Shown here: one piece after another, positions 18,443-29,185 of the stretch
How the letters are laid out: the number at the start of each line of letters is the position of its first letter
How positions within the stretch are numbered: position 1 is the stretch's first letter
Assembly: GCA_964454445.1 (NCBI GenBank)
Contig: CAYVTD010000003.1
Span: 7,300-71,299 of the forward strand
DNA length: 64,000 bases
From: an uncultured Hyphomicrobiales bacterium
GTDB taxonomy: Bacteria > Bacteroidota > Ignavibacteria > Kapaibacteriales > UBA2268
Reading direction: 5' to 3'
Notes under the pieces: model-generated
The model's database searches: none
The model's input: the letters and a program-made list of their open reading frames with translations, nothing else
What the model was told of the DNA's origin: nothing
Translations under genes and position numbers: made by a program

Positions 18443-18496
18443 ATTTGTCCGTTTTACCAAGTCGTTTTTTGGGTGGAACGGACAAATTTATTTTTA
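18443..18496 (+). terminator. Rho-independent terminator after the ferredoxin gene
   Basis: An 11-bp stem (atttgtccgtt / aacggacaaat) is followed by ttatttttag. Confidence 0.5.
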
Positions 18497-18545
18497 GATG
18501 CAAATCCTTTATTTTGTAGGGAAGAGGCAAGTCTGAGATCTGTCT

Positions 18546-19205
18546 CTATTTTGATTTAATCACAAAATTTAGCGATACTCCACCGCATTTGCTTGGCGAA
18601 GCGGCAATGCTGCAAGAAACGTCATCGACATTGAAGTCGAAAAGGTGGGCATTAACATAAGCATCTACGGCAGCAAGGACATAAACACCGGTTAGATAAA
18701 GGGCGCTTATATCACGTTGGTCTCGGTAAAACTCGCGTTTTTGTTTAAGAGAAAACTGCGTTGTACTTGAGTTTTCTGTCCAATTATCAATTTCGCGCTG
18801 TGAATCGAGAAATTTCGAATTGTTCCAGAGAATTATATAAACCAAAGTTGCGCTTGCCCCAAAGAATAAAGGTGCTTTCCAATAATCACCGGTATATAGT
18901 TGCCCCCAGCCTGGAACTACTAATGAGCGCCAAATAGCTCCAGTCGGCGATTTGCTCATTGAATGTGGCATGGTTTCTGTGGTTTTTTCATTACTATCAA
19001 TAGTATTATCCGCATTATCTCTGGAATCTGAATTAACTGTTGAAATAGTTTTCTTTAAAAGAAATGAAGGATTGTCGTCTTGTTGGCTTTGCGCAAGACC
19101 ATCATTTGGCAATAAAATAAGATTAAGAATAATAAATAGAAACCACAAATAGCCTTTTTTAGCCAAAAGAGAACAATAATTAATATATTTATCCTGACTT
19201 TTCAT
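18546..19205 (-). CDS. DUF5683-like hypothetical exported protein
   Basis: Signal/TM N-terminus and a PGWGQLYTGDYWKAPLFFGA motif region. Confidence 0.45.
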   Translation of the reverse strand: MKSQDKYINYCSLLAKKGYLWFLFIILNLILLPNDGLAQSQQDDNPSFLLKKTISTVNSDSRDNADNTIDSNEKTTETMPHSMSKSPTGAIWRSLVVPGWGQLYTGDYWKAPLFFGASATLVYIILWNNSKFLDSQREIDNWTENSSTTQFSLKQKREFYRDQRDISALYLTGVYVLAAVDAYVNAHLFDFNVDDVSCSIAASPSKCGGVSLNFVIKSK

Positions 19206-19348
19206 TTTTTTTCTTGCAAAATCGAATATTTTGCTCGGATTGACGTATTAAGCGTTATATTCATTGACTTTTTGTTGATTATATATGAACTCGTTATAAT
19301 TATTTCTTATAGAAGAATTTATTTTTTAATTTTGGAATAAAATTTGAT

Positions 19349-20170
19349 TTGGAATTGATAAGAATGAAAGAATTTAAGAATAAAAATGTTTGCCAAAGCA
19401 AAAAACCGATATTTATTTTCGGTATATTATCAATAATTGTTTTGATGTCCTGTTCTACAGCGAAAGATTACAACACAATGGATGTCGATGATTTATTCAA
19501 AGCAGGAAAGGAGCGCTTTGAAGATGAGGATTGGCTCGAAGCCCAGAAAATCTTCGATTTGATAAAACTCCAGCATCCGACAAGCAAATATGCCGATGAT
19601 GCTCAATATTATATGGCAGAATCATATTTTCACCAACATAAATATATTTTGGCGGCAAGCAACTATAATTCATTACGTCGTTATTATCCAACAAGCGAGT
19701 ATTCGAAGGTCAGCTTGTTCAAAACGGGAATGTGTTTCAATGAATTGTCTTTACCATTCGACCGTGACCAGGAATATACCAATCAGGCGATAAATGCCTT
19801 TACTGAGTTCAAATATGCCTACGCTGGCGATTCGCTTGCCAGCGAAGCAGATAAAAGAATCAAAGATTTACGTAATAAACTTGCTAACCGGGAGTTTTTT
19901 ACTGCCGAGATATATCGGAAATTGTACAGCCCGCAATCAGCACTCATTTATTATGATGTTGTGATAAATGAATATACCGATACTGATTTTTATCAGAGGG
20001 CTTTTGTCGAAAAAATCAAAGTTCTCAACGAAATGCAGCGCTACGACGAAGCGATTGGCATAGCCCAGCTCTACAATTTGAAGTTCTCGAAAGGTGAATA
20101 TGCTTCGACTGTAAAAGATTTGGAAAAAACAGCACTTGAACAAAAGAAATTAATGGAAAAAGCTGAATGA
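19349..20170 (+). CDS. bamD: Outer membrane protein assembly factor BamD (TPR lipoprotein)
   Basis: Lipobox LMSCST. TPR-like helices, with the YYxAESYF and IYYDVVINEY patterns typical of BamD/YfiO. Confidence 0.7.
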   Translation: MELIRMKEFKNKNVCQSKKPIFIFGILSIIVLMSCSTAKDYNTMDVDDLFKAGKERFEDEDWLEAQKIFDLIKLQHPTSKYADDAQYYMAESYFHQHKYILAASNYNSLRRYYPTSEYSKVSLFKTGMCFNELSLPFDRDQEYTNQAINAFTEFKYAYAGDSLASEADKRIKDLRNKLANREFFTAEIYRKLYSPQSALIYYDVVINEYTDTDFYQRAFVEKIKVLNEMQRYDEAIGIAQLYNLKFSKGEYASTVKDLEKTALEQKKLMEKAE

Positions 20171-20196
20171 TTCATAAAAATTTCAGGACGGACCTT

Positions 20197-20868
20197 ATGA
20201 AAAAAATACTTATTCTCGTATCAATTTTCGCGTTAGTGCTTCCTTCTGCTCTTTGCCTATCTCAAGATGAAGAAGAAATAAATGAGAGCAGGTTCGAGCT
20301 TGGTTTGTTTTTTGGCTTCAAAGGAGGTGTCAATGGTAACTATATACCGGAAGGAAGGAAAAACGCTTTCGGTTTCAATGCTGTGCCTGATTTCGGAGCA
20401 AGAGCTATGTTCCCTTTGGAAGAAAGCGCCAAATTGAGCATGTCTTTCGATTTGAGCTATTCGACTTATATGTATGGAGTAAAGAATTATTATAATAATG
20501 ATTTTTATACTCACAAATATGGTTATATAGCATTCAGCCCGATGTTTCATTTCTATGAGGCATTTGTTGGTTTTAATTTTGGAATACCTGTCAATGCCGA
20601 TTTCGGCGAAAAGATTAAAACCGATTATATCAACACACTTGCCGAATTTCGCATGGGTGCGGAATTTACTGTGTTAGGAGACGCCGAAGGCAAGGTGAAT
20701 GTTTTCGCCATAGCTGGATATACTCTAAATGGCGTTTATACAGATTTTTCCAAGCATGACCCCTTGCTTGAGATAATTCCTCCTGAGTCGGGACAGACCA
20801 TAACAAACAAATTTAATCCACGTCCGCTAACTTTGACTATTGGTTTGTCGTATATGTTTGCAATGTAA
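20197..20868 (+). CDS. Small outer-membrane beta-barrel protein
   Basis: Signal peptide MKKILILVSIFALVLPSALC. Alternating hydrophobic beta-strand pattern, ending in a C-terminal aromatic residue (...SYMFAM). The longer ORF start overlaps the bamD stop. Confidence 0.5.
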   Translation: MKKILILVSIFALVLPSALCLSQDEEEINESRFELGLFFGFKGGVNGNYIPEGRKNAFGFNAVPDFGARAMFPLEESAKLSMSFDLSYSTYMYGVKNYYNNDFYTHKYGYIAFSPMFHFYEAFVGFNFGIPVNADFGEKIKTDYINTLAEFRMGAEFTVLGDAEGKVNVFAIAGYTLNGVYTDFSKHDPLLEIIPPESGQTITNKFNPRPLTLTIGLSYMFAM

Positions 20869-20951
20869 ACGGGAAATAATATTTGAGATACAAAAAAAGT
20901 GTTTGATTTTCCGAAAATTTGCCGTATATTTGTATTTTTAGAATAGCAACA

Positions 20952-21011
<60 letters not shown>

Positions 21012-21041
<30 letters not shown>

Positions 21042-22136
21042 CAAATCTGGATTGAATTTAGCTTTCAATTCTTCATTTCTTTTTTTCAACTCTTCAATCT
21101 CTGCTGTTAATATTTCTTTTGTTAATTCAATCTTATGCTCAAGGTCAATTATTCTTTGAAATAAAACTAAGTATAAATCACTGTCGCTTATGGCTTTGTC
21201 TTGAATCGTTCTTGTAGAATCTTGCTCTTCAGAATTTGTCTTGTTTTCCGTTGCTTCAAAATCGGAAAAATGTTTGCTTAGTTTCTTAGGAGCAGGTTTA
21301 AACAAATCATAGATAGGTGATTCTTTGGAACTATCATCTCTTTGAAATATTTTCCATTTCGCATTGAAAGATTTATAATATGAAGAGAGTTCGCCCAATG
21401 ATTCGCTACTGCCAAGGAAAAGGTAGCCATTAGGAGTAAGAGAAAAACTAAATAAAGACAGCACTTTCTTTTGCAATACGGGTTGGAGATAAATCAGGAG
21501 ATTGCGACAGCTTACCAGGTCAATTTTGGAAAAAGGAGGATCTCTGAGAATGTTGTGTACTGCAAAAACAATCATTCCTCTTATCTTATCGTTTATTTTA
21601 TATGTATTGTCAGATTTTGTAAAAAACTTCTTCAAACGTTCTTCAGAAACATCAATGGCGATATTGTCAGGATAAATGCCGGCGCTGGCAAAATCTATGG
21701 AGTTTTGGTCAATGTCGGTAGCGAAAATTCTTATATCGTGATGTTTGCCCGTTCTTTCCATATATTCTTGCAACATAATGGCAATAGAATATGCTTCTTC
21801 GCCTTTCGAACAGCCAACGACCCAGGCTCGCAACTGCTCGTTATTGTTCTTATTTGCAAAAATATTAGGGATAACGTTTTGTCCGACTATTGACATTGCT
21901 TCAGTGTCCCTAAAAAAATTGGTAACACCGATAAGCAGTTCTTTATATAAAATACTTTGCTCTGTTTCAGATTTCTCAAGCAATTCAAAATATTTTTCGA
22001 AGTCAGCAAGTTTATTGATGCTAATCCGCCTTTGAATACGTCGAATAATTGTATTGTGCTTGTAAAAGGTAAAATCGACTCCTTGAGTGTCTTTCACAAG
22101 ATTAATTATTTTTAGTATTGTTTTTTCGTCGGGCAC
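21012..22136 (-). CDS. cheR: CheR-type chemotaxis protein methyltransferase with a C-terminal coiled-coil extension
   Basis: N-terminal CheR all-alpha domain (TNFFRD) followed by a SAM methyltransferase fold. The last ~10 codons are antisense to the tRNA-Ser 3' half. Confidence 0.8.
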
Positions 22137-22298
22137 AGGTTTCTCCGATAATTCATTTTTTTGTTATAATATTTTAAAGAGCTAATACATTGGTAAAATT
22201 ATTGATAGATTATTCAGGAAATTATTTTAGCATAAACAAAATATTTTGTAAATTTATATTTCATAATTAATGATAGATGATTATAATAGCTATACTAA

Positions 22299-24668
22299 TT
22301 GAAAAAAACATACATTGCAAGAGTAATGAAAAAATATATAGTAATAAAGTGTTTTTTTGTCCTGTTTTTGGCTTTCTTATTTCAAGTAAAATTTGCCCTT
22401 AGCCAGCCAGCAGGTGAGGTAGAGCATACGACCCAACCCGGTAGGGATACCATTGATATTGGAATGGTATTAAAAGGCGATTCGGCACAGACGGTTTTCT
22501 TGTTAAAAAATACTGGAACAGAAAGACTTCGCATCTTGGAGCGCGAACCAACTTATTCGATGGGGCGAACAAAAGATCAAGATCCAAGCATAAATGACTT
22601 GCGAGAATTCGACATTTTTCCCAAGGGTTTCCTGCCTAAGGAAGGGCTGATTATTTCACCCAACTCTGATTTGAATCTGATTATACAATATCGAGACAGT
22701 ATAAGAGTGCCAAGCGATACGGCTTTGTTTCCTTATGGTAAGAAAATTGCCCGGCTTTTACTCGGTTTGATGCCCGAAAATAGCGAAGAAACCGTTGTTC
22801 AAAAAGAGTATATATTGGTTTGTAGAAAAACCATCAAGCCCATAGATGGTTTTGAGAGTTTTATTAATTTCGATTCTGTTTATGTTAATTCTCGCTCCGA
22901 AATGATTTGGCTTGTCCAGCAGAATATTGATAAGCCTATTACTGTTGAATCGGGATGGCTCGAAATGTTATCCCCTGTGATAAACAAGTCCGAATTTTCA
23001 ATCGCAATCGACGATGAACCAATAGATTTCCCAGTAACTTTTCAAAAAAAAGGCACTCAGCTTGCTTGGCAGCTGTTTTACCAGCCTTTGAACAGAAATG
23101 CTGATAGTGGTATATATAGGATTAGTTACCATCCTCAACCCGATATTTATCCAGATTCTGTCGTTATCCCTTGGGTAAAAATAAAAGGAACAGGTGTGGA
23201 GCAGAGCATCAAGCTCGATACTTTTAATTACGAGGGGATTACTATTATTGGTGATACAATCGATGTAGGTAACGTAAGAGTTGGCGAAACAAAATCTTGC
23301 AAAATATCTTTGGAAAATCTCGGCAATCTGCCCTTTGGTGCTAGTAAGCAATATATTTTGAAAGATAATACAAACGAACTTTCGACTGACTTTGATATTA
23401 TCAAACCATTCTTAAATAATAATCATCTGTTGCCAACAAAAAAGGACAGTGTTAAGATTGTATTTACTCCTCATAGCAGGGGAGAGATAATAGCAAAATA
23501 TATTATTGAAAGCGACATAACAACAAGGAAAATCAAAGGCGTACCTGTTGATGCCAAAAAATTGGTTTTTTATCTCCGGGGTAAAGGTATCGAGCCGGAG
23601 ATTCGCATTGCGAACGATACTGTTGATTTTGGGAATGTGGTGCTTAGCGTGAAATGCCCGTCAGAGATAGACACTCTTATTCCCATAGCCAATGTGGGCA
23701 ATTCCGATTTGATTATAAAATCTATTAAGCTATATCCACCAAACCCATCTTCGCCCTTTTCAGTCGAACCAAGTGAGTTGACTATCCCATATAATATCAA
23801 CAAGATAGGTATCGACAACATAAAGATTACCTTTAAGTCCTCGCAGATAGGAGAATTCTTGGATACACTTTTGTTGATAAGCAACTCTATTGCGATAAAT
23901 GATACAATTATAGTTTATTTGAAGGCAATAGGCGTTCCACCTGTAGTTGCCAATTTGAAGATATCAGATGAGATTCGTGGAAAACCCGGAAATAAAATCC
24001 GAGTGCCAATAGTCGTGGACAACAGCCATTTTGCCCGCACTTTTGAAGATGTTATTTCCTTTAATAATACAATTCTTCGTTACGAAAGCTATTCCACTTT
24101 AGGTACAGCCGCTGAAATAGTGCCTGATTATTTGGTTAATATATCTGAAGGATCTACGCATGAAACTGTCAGAATATCGATAGCTTGTCCGCCGAGTTCT
24201 TATTTCTTAGACAGGGACACTCTGTTGATTCTAATATTTAATACTTATCTTGGTGACCGGACTGCAACACAAATATCTTTTACGGATCCAAAATTTGGAG
24301 ATGGGATTTGCAATAATGTTCTCGATACAAAAAATTTTAAGAATGGAAGATTTATTCTCGATTCAATATGTGGACTTAGTTTGAAAACACTTCCTTTTGG
24401 CGAAAATGTTTTTTCTTTGATTAATAGCTATCCAAATCCAGCCGACAAGGAATTGAATATTGAGTATTCGATTTCATTTAAAACGAATGTGTGCATCGAA
24501 TTATATAATACTTATGGCGAGCTTGCTGGAACAGTAATAGACAATGTTTTGCCATCAGGAACATATATTGCCACTTATAATTCATCAAATCTGCCTTTGG
24601 GGGTATATTATGTAAGGATGAAAGCTGGGATTTTTTCAGAAACAAAGATTATTAGCATAACAAGGTAG
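22299..24668 (+). CDS. T9SS-secreted protein with repeated Ig-like (DUF1573/ASPM-like) domains
   Basis: Signal peptide. The C-terminus ...SYPNPADKELNIEYS...GVYYVRMKAGIFSETKIISITR is a T9SS CTD. Confidence 0.75.
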   Translation: MKKTYIARVMKKYIVIKCFFVLFLAFLFQVKFALSQPAGEVEHTTQPGRDTIDIGMVLKGDSAQTVFLLKNTGTERLRILEREPTYSMGRTKDQDPSINDLREFDIFPKGFLPKEGLIISPNSDLNLIIQYRDSIRVPSDTALFPYGKKIARLLLGLMPENSEETVVQKEYILVCRKTIKPIDGFESFINFDSVYVNSRSEMIWLVQQNIDKPITVESGWLEMLSPVINKSEFSIAIDDEPIDFPVTFQKKGTQLAWQLFYQPLNRNADSGIYRISYHPQPDIYPDSVVIPWVKIKGTGVEQSIKLDTFNYEGITIIGDTIDVGNVRVGETKSCKISLENLGNLPFGASKQYILKDNTNELSTDFDIIKPFLNNNHLLPTKKDSVKIVFTPHSRGEIIAKYIIESDITTRKIKGVPVDAKKLVFYLRGKGIEPEIRIANDTVDFGNVVLSVKCPSEIDTLIPIANVGNSDLIIKSIKLYPPNPSSPFSVEPSELTIPYNINKIGIDNIKITFKSSQIGEFLDTLLLISNSIAINDTIIVYLKAIGVPPVVANLKISDEIRGKPGNKIRVPIVVDNSHFARTFEDVISFNNTILRYESYSTLGTAAEIVPDYLVNISEGSTHETVRISIACPPSSYFLDRDTLLILIFNTYLGDRTATQISFTDPKFGDGICNNVLDTKNFKNGRFILDSICGLSLKTLPFGENVFSLINSYPNPADKELNIEYSISFKTNVCIELYNTYGELAGTVIDNVLPSGTYIATYNSSNLPLGVYYVRMKAGIFSETKIISITR

Positions 24669-24739
24669 TTGAGTTTGTTTTTTTCATAAGCATAGATTAC
24701 CTTATAATAACGGAAAAACACGAAAGAAAACATGGTTTT

Positions 24740-25501
24740 ATGAAAAATTGTTTTATAGTATTATTTTTTTTATTTTTTATAACTACACTGCCCTTGAAAC
24801 CTCAGGGCTTCGATTGGCAATATTCTCCGCGTATGCCAGCGGCTTATCCGGATTATTATATTGGCATAAATGGCGAAGTGAATTTTTTGCAACACGAGGG
24901 AAAGATTCACTTTTTTGAGAATATGGTGATGTGTGAAAGCTTCCGTAGTGGAAAAGGTAGTGGGGTTAATCTCGGGTTTGCTGCTGAATATTGGTCGAGT
25001 GGCTCGATTGCATTTTTTGGAAAAATTGCTTGGGTAGATGCACCGGGCGAGTTCAAAATTAAATCGGTATTGCCAAGGGTTACAAGCGATTTTATATCAG
25101 AATATAGTTTTTCGACAAGTTTAAAATTTGTTGCTGCCGGAGCAGGCACTAAATGGAGATTGTTTGGTTCGCATTTTTTTGCTGCTGCATTGGTGAATAT
25201 GCAATTCTTAGTATCAAATAGTAATATCTACAAAGAAAAAATATTATCACCAAATGATTACTTTTCCACCGAACCACCTACTCAGGAGCGAACTATAGCC
25301 GAAGGCAGAATATCTTCATTTCAAAATTTCCAATTTTCGCCTCATATCCGTATTGGTTACGATGCTCAATTAGGAAAAAGCACATATACAAGTTTATATT
25401 TTTCAGCTGGTATCCCATTGACTAATTTAATAGATAATGAAGATTGGAAGATCTGGAGTTTTTCTCTTGGAATCAATATTTTCAGGGGCTTCAATTTTTA
25501 A
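24740..25501 (+). CDS. Outer-membrane beta-barrel protein, possibly a cargo-associated partner
   Basis: Signal peptide, amphipathic strand pattern, and a C-terminal ...FRGFNF. Confidence 0.45.
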   Translation: MKNCFIVLFFLFFITTLPLKPQGFDWQYSPRMPAAYPDYYIGINGEVNFLQHEGKIHFFENMVMCESFRSGKGSGVNLGFAAEYWSSGSIAFFGKIAWVDAPGEFKIKSVLPRVTSDFISEYSFSTSLKFVAAGAGTKWRLFGSHFFAAALVNMQFLVSNSNIYKEKILSPNDYFSTEPPTQERTIAEGRISSFQNFQFSPHIRIGYDAQLGKSTYTSLYFSAGIPLTNLIDNEDWKIWSFSLGINIFRGFNF

Positions 25502-25578
25502 AATATGACATATAAATATTTTTGTGTTATATTTTGCAAAAAAATATTGAATTTATCAAATATACTCATTTTAATAGC

Positions 25579-27795
25579 TTACTTTTTCTCTAGATATCTT
25601 TCTACTTTTTTTACTCCCTTAATCTGTTGAAGCAATTCGAAGATTTTGTTTAAATGATTTAAATCTTTAATCTCTAATGTGATAATCCCTGCAAAAATAC
25701 CGTTATTCGAATCGAAATGGATTCCATGGATAGGTGTCTCTTCTAAAGATGTGATGAGAGTGTTGATATCTTTGAGGATAGTTTGATTTTGCTCGCCTTC
25801 GACTTTGATTTTTGCAGTAAAGTTTTTCTTCGACAGCATTGACCAATCCAACTCGAAAATAAATGGTTGGTAATTAGAAAGATATGATTTGACGACCGGG
25901 CAATCGAGCCTATGTACGCTCATTTCATTTCGCTGGTCGATGATACCATAAATTTTGTCGCCTAGTAAAGGGCTACAACATTGGGCATATTTAATATCAA
26001 CTTTGCTATCAATTGATCGCGTTTTGCCAGAATTGTAAATAACTGCAGATGGTTTTTTCGAAGCGTTATCTCTCATTGGGAGCAACAAATCGTCGCATTT
26101 ATTTCGCAAAGTTGCTTGTAAATATTGGTAAAGAATAGCAATGTCAAACAGTTCTGCGCCTAAGGCATAGTAAAACTCATCGATATCGTTGAATTTCAAG
26201 GCAAGCAACATTTTATCGATATCATCTTTGCCATAGCTTAAATCCATTTTTTTTTGTATTTCCTCGAAACTATGTTTGCCCTTTTTTTGAAAAACTTTGT
26301 TTTCGCCATTAAAATATCTATGGATAGCATGCTTTGCTTTGTGAGTAATGACAATGTCGAGCCATTCTCTTGTGGGCTTCTGTTTCTTTGATTTAAGTAT
26401 TTCGACTTGGTCGCCGCTTCTGAGTTTATAATCAAGGGGAACAACTTTTCCATTCACTTTTGCTCCGATACAACTATTGCCGACAGATGTATGAATGGAA
26501 TAGGCAAAATCAAGTGGTGTTGCTTCTTTGGGCAAGATGCGAAACTCGCCCGATGGTGTAAAGACGTAGATTTCATCGAGGAGCAGGTTGTATCTCACAC
26601 TTTCGAGTAATTGCTCCGGTGTGGACTCGCCTTTATTTTCAAAGATTTCACGAACAAGCCTCGCCCATTCTTCGATGTTTTTTTTATCCATAATAGATTG
26701 GGCGGGCAAACTACCGCGTTTATAATCAAAATGAGCAGCAAATCCTTTTTCAGATACTTCATGCATTTCTTTGGTTCGTATTTGCACCTCGACATGCCTG
26801 TTATCTGGTCCAACGACAGCCGTGTGTAGCGAGCGATAGCCGTTTTTCTTGGGATTGGATATATAATCCTTGAATGTGCCTGGCACGGGCTTGTAAATCT
26901 TTGTTATTAAGCCATAAACGAGGAAACAAGTGTTCACATATTCGGTATCCAGTACAACCCGAATAGCAAATAAATCATTCATATTTTCGATTTTATCCAC
27001 ACGCATCATTAGCTTGGTGTATATCGAATAAATATGCTTGGCTCTTCCCTTGATTTCATACTCTATCGATTTAGTGGTTTCATCTTTTGCTAATGCACTG
27101 TGAATAGGTTCAGAAAACTTATCGATATATTCGTTTCTTTCGTTTAAAGTAAGCTGCAAAGTATGGCTGATGTCGTTATATGCTTTTCTGTTCAGATATT
27201 TGAAAGCAAGGTCTTCGAGTTCCCATTTGATATTGCCCAAACCGAAGCGATGAGCAAAAGGGGCATAAATAGCAAGTGTTTCCGAAGCGACTTTTTTTTG
27301 TTTATCTTCAGGGAGATGGTCTAATGTTTGTAAATTATGCAAGCGGTCGGCAAGTTTTATCAAAATAATTCTAACATCAGTAAAAAGCGACAGTAAAAGC
27401 TTGCGATAGTTTTCGAGTTGTTCGATATTCTGGCTTTCGATATGCTTTATCTTGGCAACTCCGTCAGCAATCTGAGCGACAACGCTGCCAAATTCATTTT
27501 TGATATCTTTATATGTGTAATTCTCGCAATAATTTAAAATATCGTGTAGCAAGGCAGCGGCAACGGAAATGTCGTCGAGCGGTATTCTTTTCAATACAAT
27601 TTTGGCAACAGCAAGAGGATGAGTATAATAAGGATCTCCTGATTGACGGAATTTGGTTTTATAAGCATTTGCTACTAAATAAAATGCTTTTGTTATCATT
27701 ATTTCATCGACCGAAGACAGCTTCTCTCTGCAAGTAGAGAGTAATGAATTAACTTCACCTTTTAATTTTATTTCATAGCTTTCGTTTTCAGGCAT
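25579..27795 (-). CDS. rel: Bifunctional (p)ppGpp synthetase/hydrolase (RelA/SpoT family)
   Basis: HD domain (LLHDIL), synthetase domain, and TGS and ACT regions. Length 738 aa. Confidence 0.9.
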   Translation of the reverse strand: MPENESYEIKLKGEVNSLLSTCREKLSSVDEIMITKAFYLVANAYKTKFRQSGDPYYTHPLAVAKIVLKRIPLDDISVAAALLHDILNYCENYTYKDIKNEFGSVVAQIADGVAKIKHIESQNIEQLENYRKLLLSLFTDVRIILIKLADRLHNLQTLDHLPEDKQKKVASETLAIYAPFAHRFGLGNIKWELEDLAFKYLNRKAYNDISHTLQLTLNERNEYIDKFSEPIHSALAKDETTKSIEYEIKGRAKHIYSIYTKLMMRVDKIENMNDLFAIRVVLDTEYVNTCFLVYGLITKIYKPVPGTFKDYISNPKKNGYRSLHTAVVGPDNRHVEVQIRTKEMHEVSEKGFAAHFDYKRGSLPAQSIMDKKNIEEWARLVREIFENKGESTPEQLLESVRYNLLLDEIYVFTPSGEFRILPKEATPLDFAYSIHTSVGNSCIGAKVNGKVVPLDYKLRSGDQVEILKSKKQKPTREWLDIVITHKAKHAIHRYFNGENKVFQKKGKHSFEEIQKKMDLSYGKDDIDKMLLALKFNDIDEFYYALGAELFDIAILYQYLQATLRNKCDDLLLPMRDNASKKPSAVIYNSGKTRSIDSKVDIKYAQCCSPLLGDKIYGIIDQRNEMSVHRLDCPVVKSYLSNYQPFIFELDWSMLSKKNFTAKIKVEGEQNQTILKDINTLITSLEETPIHGIHFDSNNGIFAGIITLEIKDLNHLNKIFELLQQIKGVKKVERYLEKK

Positions 27796-27958
27796 ATTTT
27801 TTGTGGTGTCTTATTTGGAATAAAACAGTAGATTTTTTCAAATAAATATGTATTTATAAACGACTTTAGTAAAACAATATTACAAGAGTAATCGAATATA
27901 TAAAAAATTTTTTCAAGTAGTGTAGCATTAAAAGATTGCTTTTAGCAATCGAAGAAAA

Positions 27959-28240
27959 ATGGATAAAGACCAAAAAAAAGCAAAGATAGACTCTATGCTA
28001 AAACCAAAAAGGTTTTTCGACGAGTTGGCTGAATATGGTTATCTGCTTGATTTTTTAAAAACTCGATTCCCTTATAGATTTGAAAATGATCCGGATTTCC
28101 GCGCCGAAATGTATGACATACTATATCAACATTCGCCAGCCGTTATTGCTGAGGTAGAGGTGATTTATCTTGAAAAACTATGTGAAACCATGAGCTACTT
28201 CCTGGAGTTTACTAAGCTATGGAGGATACAAAAGCACTAA
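27959..28240 (+). CDS. Hypothetical small protein
   Basis: 93-aa ORF, overlapped by 22 nt with the next ORF. No recognisable motifs. Confidence 0.35.
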   Translation: MDKDQKKAKIDSMLKPKRFFDELAEYGYLLDFLKTRFPYRFENDPDFRAEMYDILYQHSPAVIAEVEVIYLEKLCETMSYFLEFTKLWRIQKH

Positions 28241-29133
28241 GCCCTGAGGCAAGAGGACTTTTTGATACAATTAGAACGCAAGCACATCAATTTGCTGATG
28301 CTTTCTCTGTGCTCGACAAAGAAATTGCCGAGCTTGGCTCCTTGAAAAAAGAAGTTACAAAAATTGCCGAGATGCTCACTAACGATGTAAACGATGCTAT
28401 AACTGATTTGAACAATAGCGTAACGGACTCTCTTGCTATTTTAGAAAGCAAGACTATTAAAACACAACGGATTTACTCGGAACTCGAGGATGTTGCTACC
28501 ATTAAAGTATCGCTTGCTGAGCTTAGAGATGTTCTTAAGAAACAAAGTGTCGAGATCGAATCGGCTGTTTCGACTTTCAATCAAAAAGCCGATATCGAGC
28601 TCGATTCTATAATCGAAAGTTCAAAATCGCGTATTCAAAAGGAAATCGAAAACGAGATTTCCAAGGTTGAAATCAAGCTCGCTTTAAAATTAAGGCAAAT
28701 GGATAGTAAATTTTTGACTTACGACCAAAAACTCTATGCTTTTGCTCATAGTTTTGGCAAAGAAGAAAGAGAGCTTGGCAATGAACTCGAAAATCTGCGA
28801 AAAAAGTTTGCCGAAATCCGCAGCAAAACTGAAGAACTCCAAAACAGCATGTATGAAAGAATCGATATTTTCGATAAGGATATTTCAAAAAAGATTGAGC
28901 TTATCGAATCGATGATTCTTAGTTTTGAGATGAAATTCAAAAATAAATTCGATGATGAAAATAGCCGCTACACTCCCGAAGACAATGCCAAGGAAATCAA
29001 GTCATTGAAAGAAATAATTGCTCATAACAACGAACAACTCAAGCAGCTCGATAAGAAAAAGAATCTGGCACTTTTTCTTGCCGGACTTTCAATAGTTGGA
29101 TTAATCATTGTTGCCACTGCTTCTTTGATTTAA
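28219..29133 (+). CDS. Coiled-coil protein with a C-terminal transmembrane anchor
   Basis: Long heptad-like E/K-rich sequence ending in LALFLAGLSIVGLIIVATASLI. Confidence 0.45.
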   Translation: MEDTKALSPEARGLFDTIRTQAHQFADAFSVLDKEIAELGSLKKEVTKIAEMLTNDVNDAITDLNNSVTDSLAILESKTIKTQRIYSELEDVATIKVSLAELRDVLKKQSVEIESAVSTFNQKADIELDSIIESSKSRIQKEIENEISKVEIKLALKLRQMDSKFLTYDQKLYAFAHSFGKEERELGNELENLRKKFAEIRSKTEELQNSMYERIDIFDKDISKKIELIESMILSFEMKFKNKFDDENSRYTPEDNAKEIKSLKEIIAHNNEQLKQLDKKKNLALFLAGLSIVGLIIVATASLI

Positions 29134-29185
29134 ATTTTATCTGTTTTTTGTGTAATTTGATAGTGCATTGTTGCTCCAACCATAA

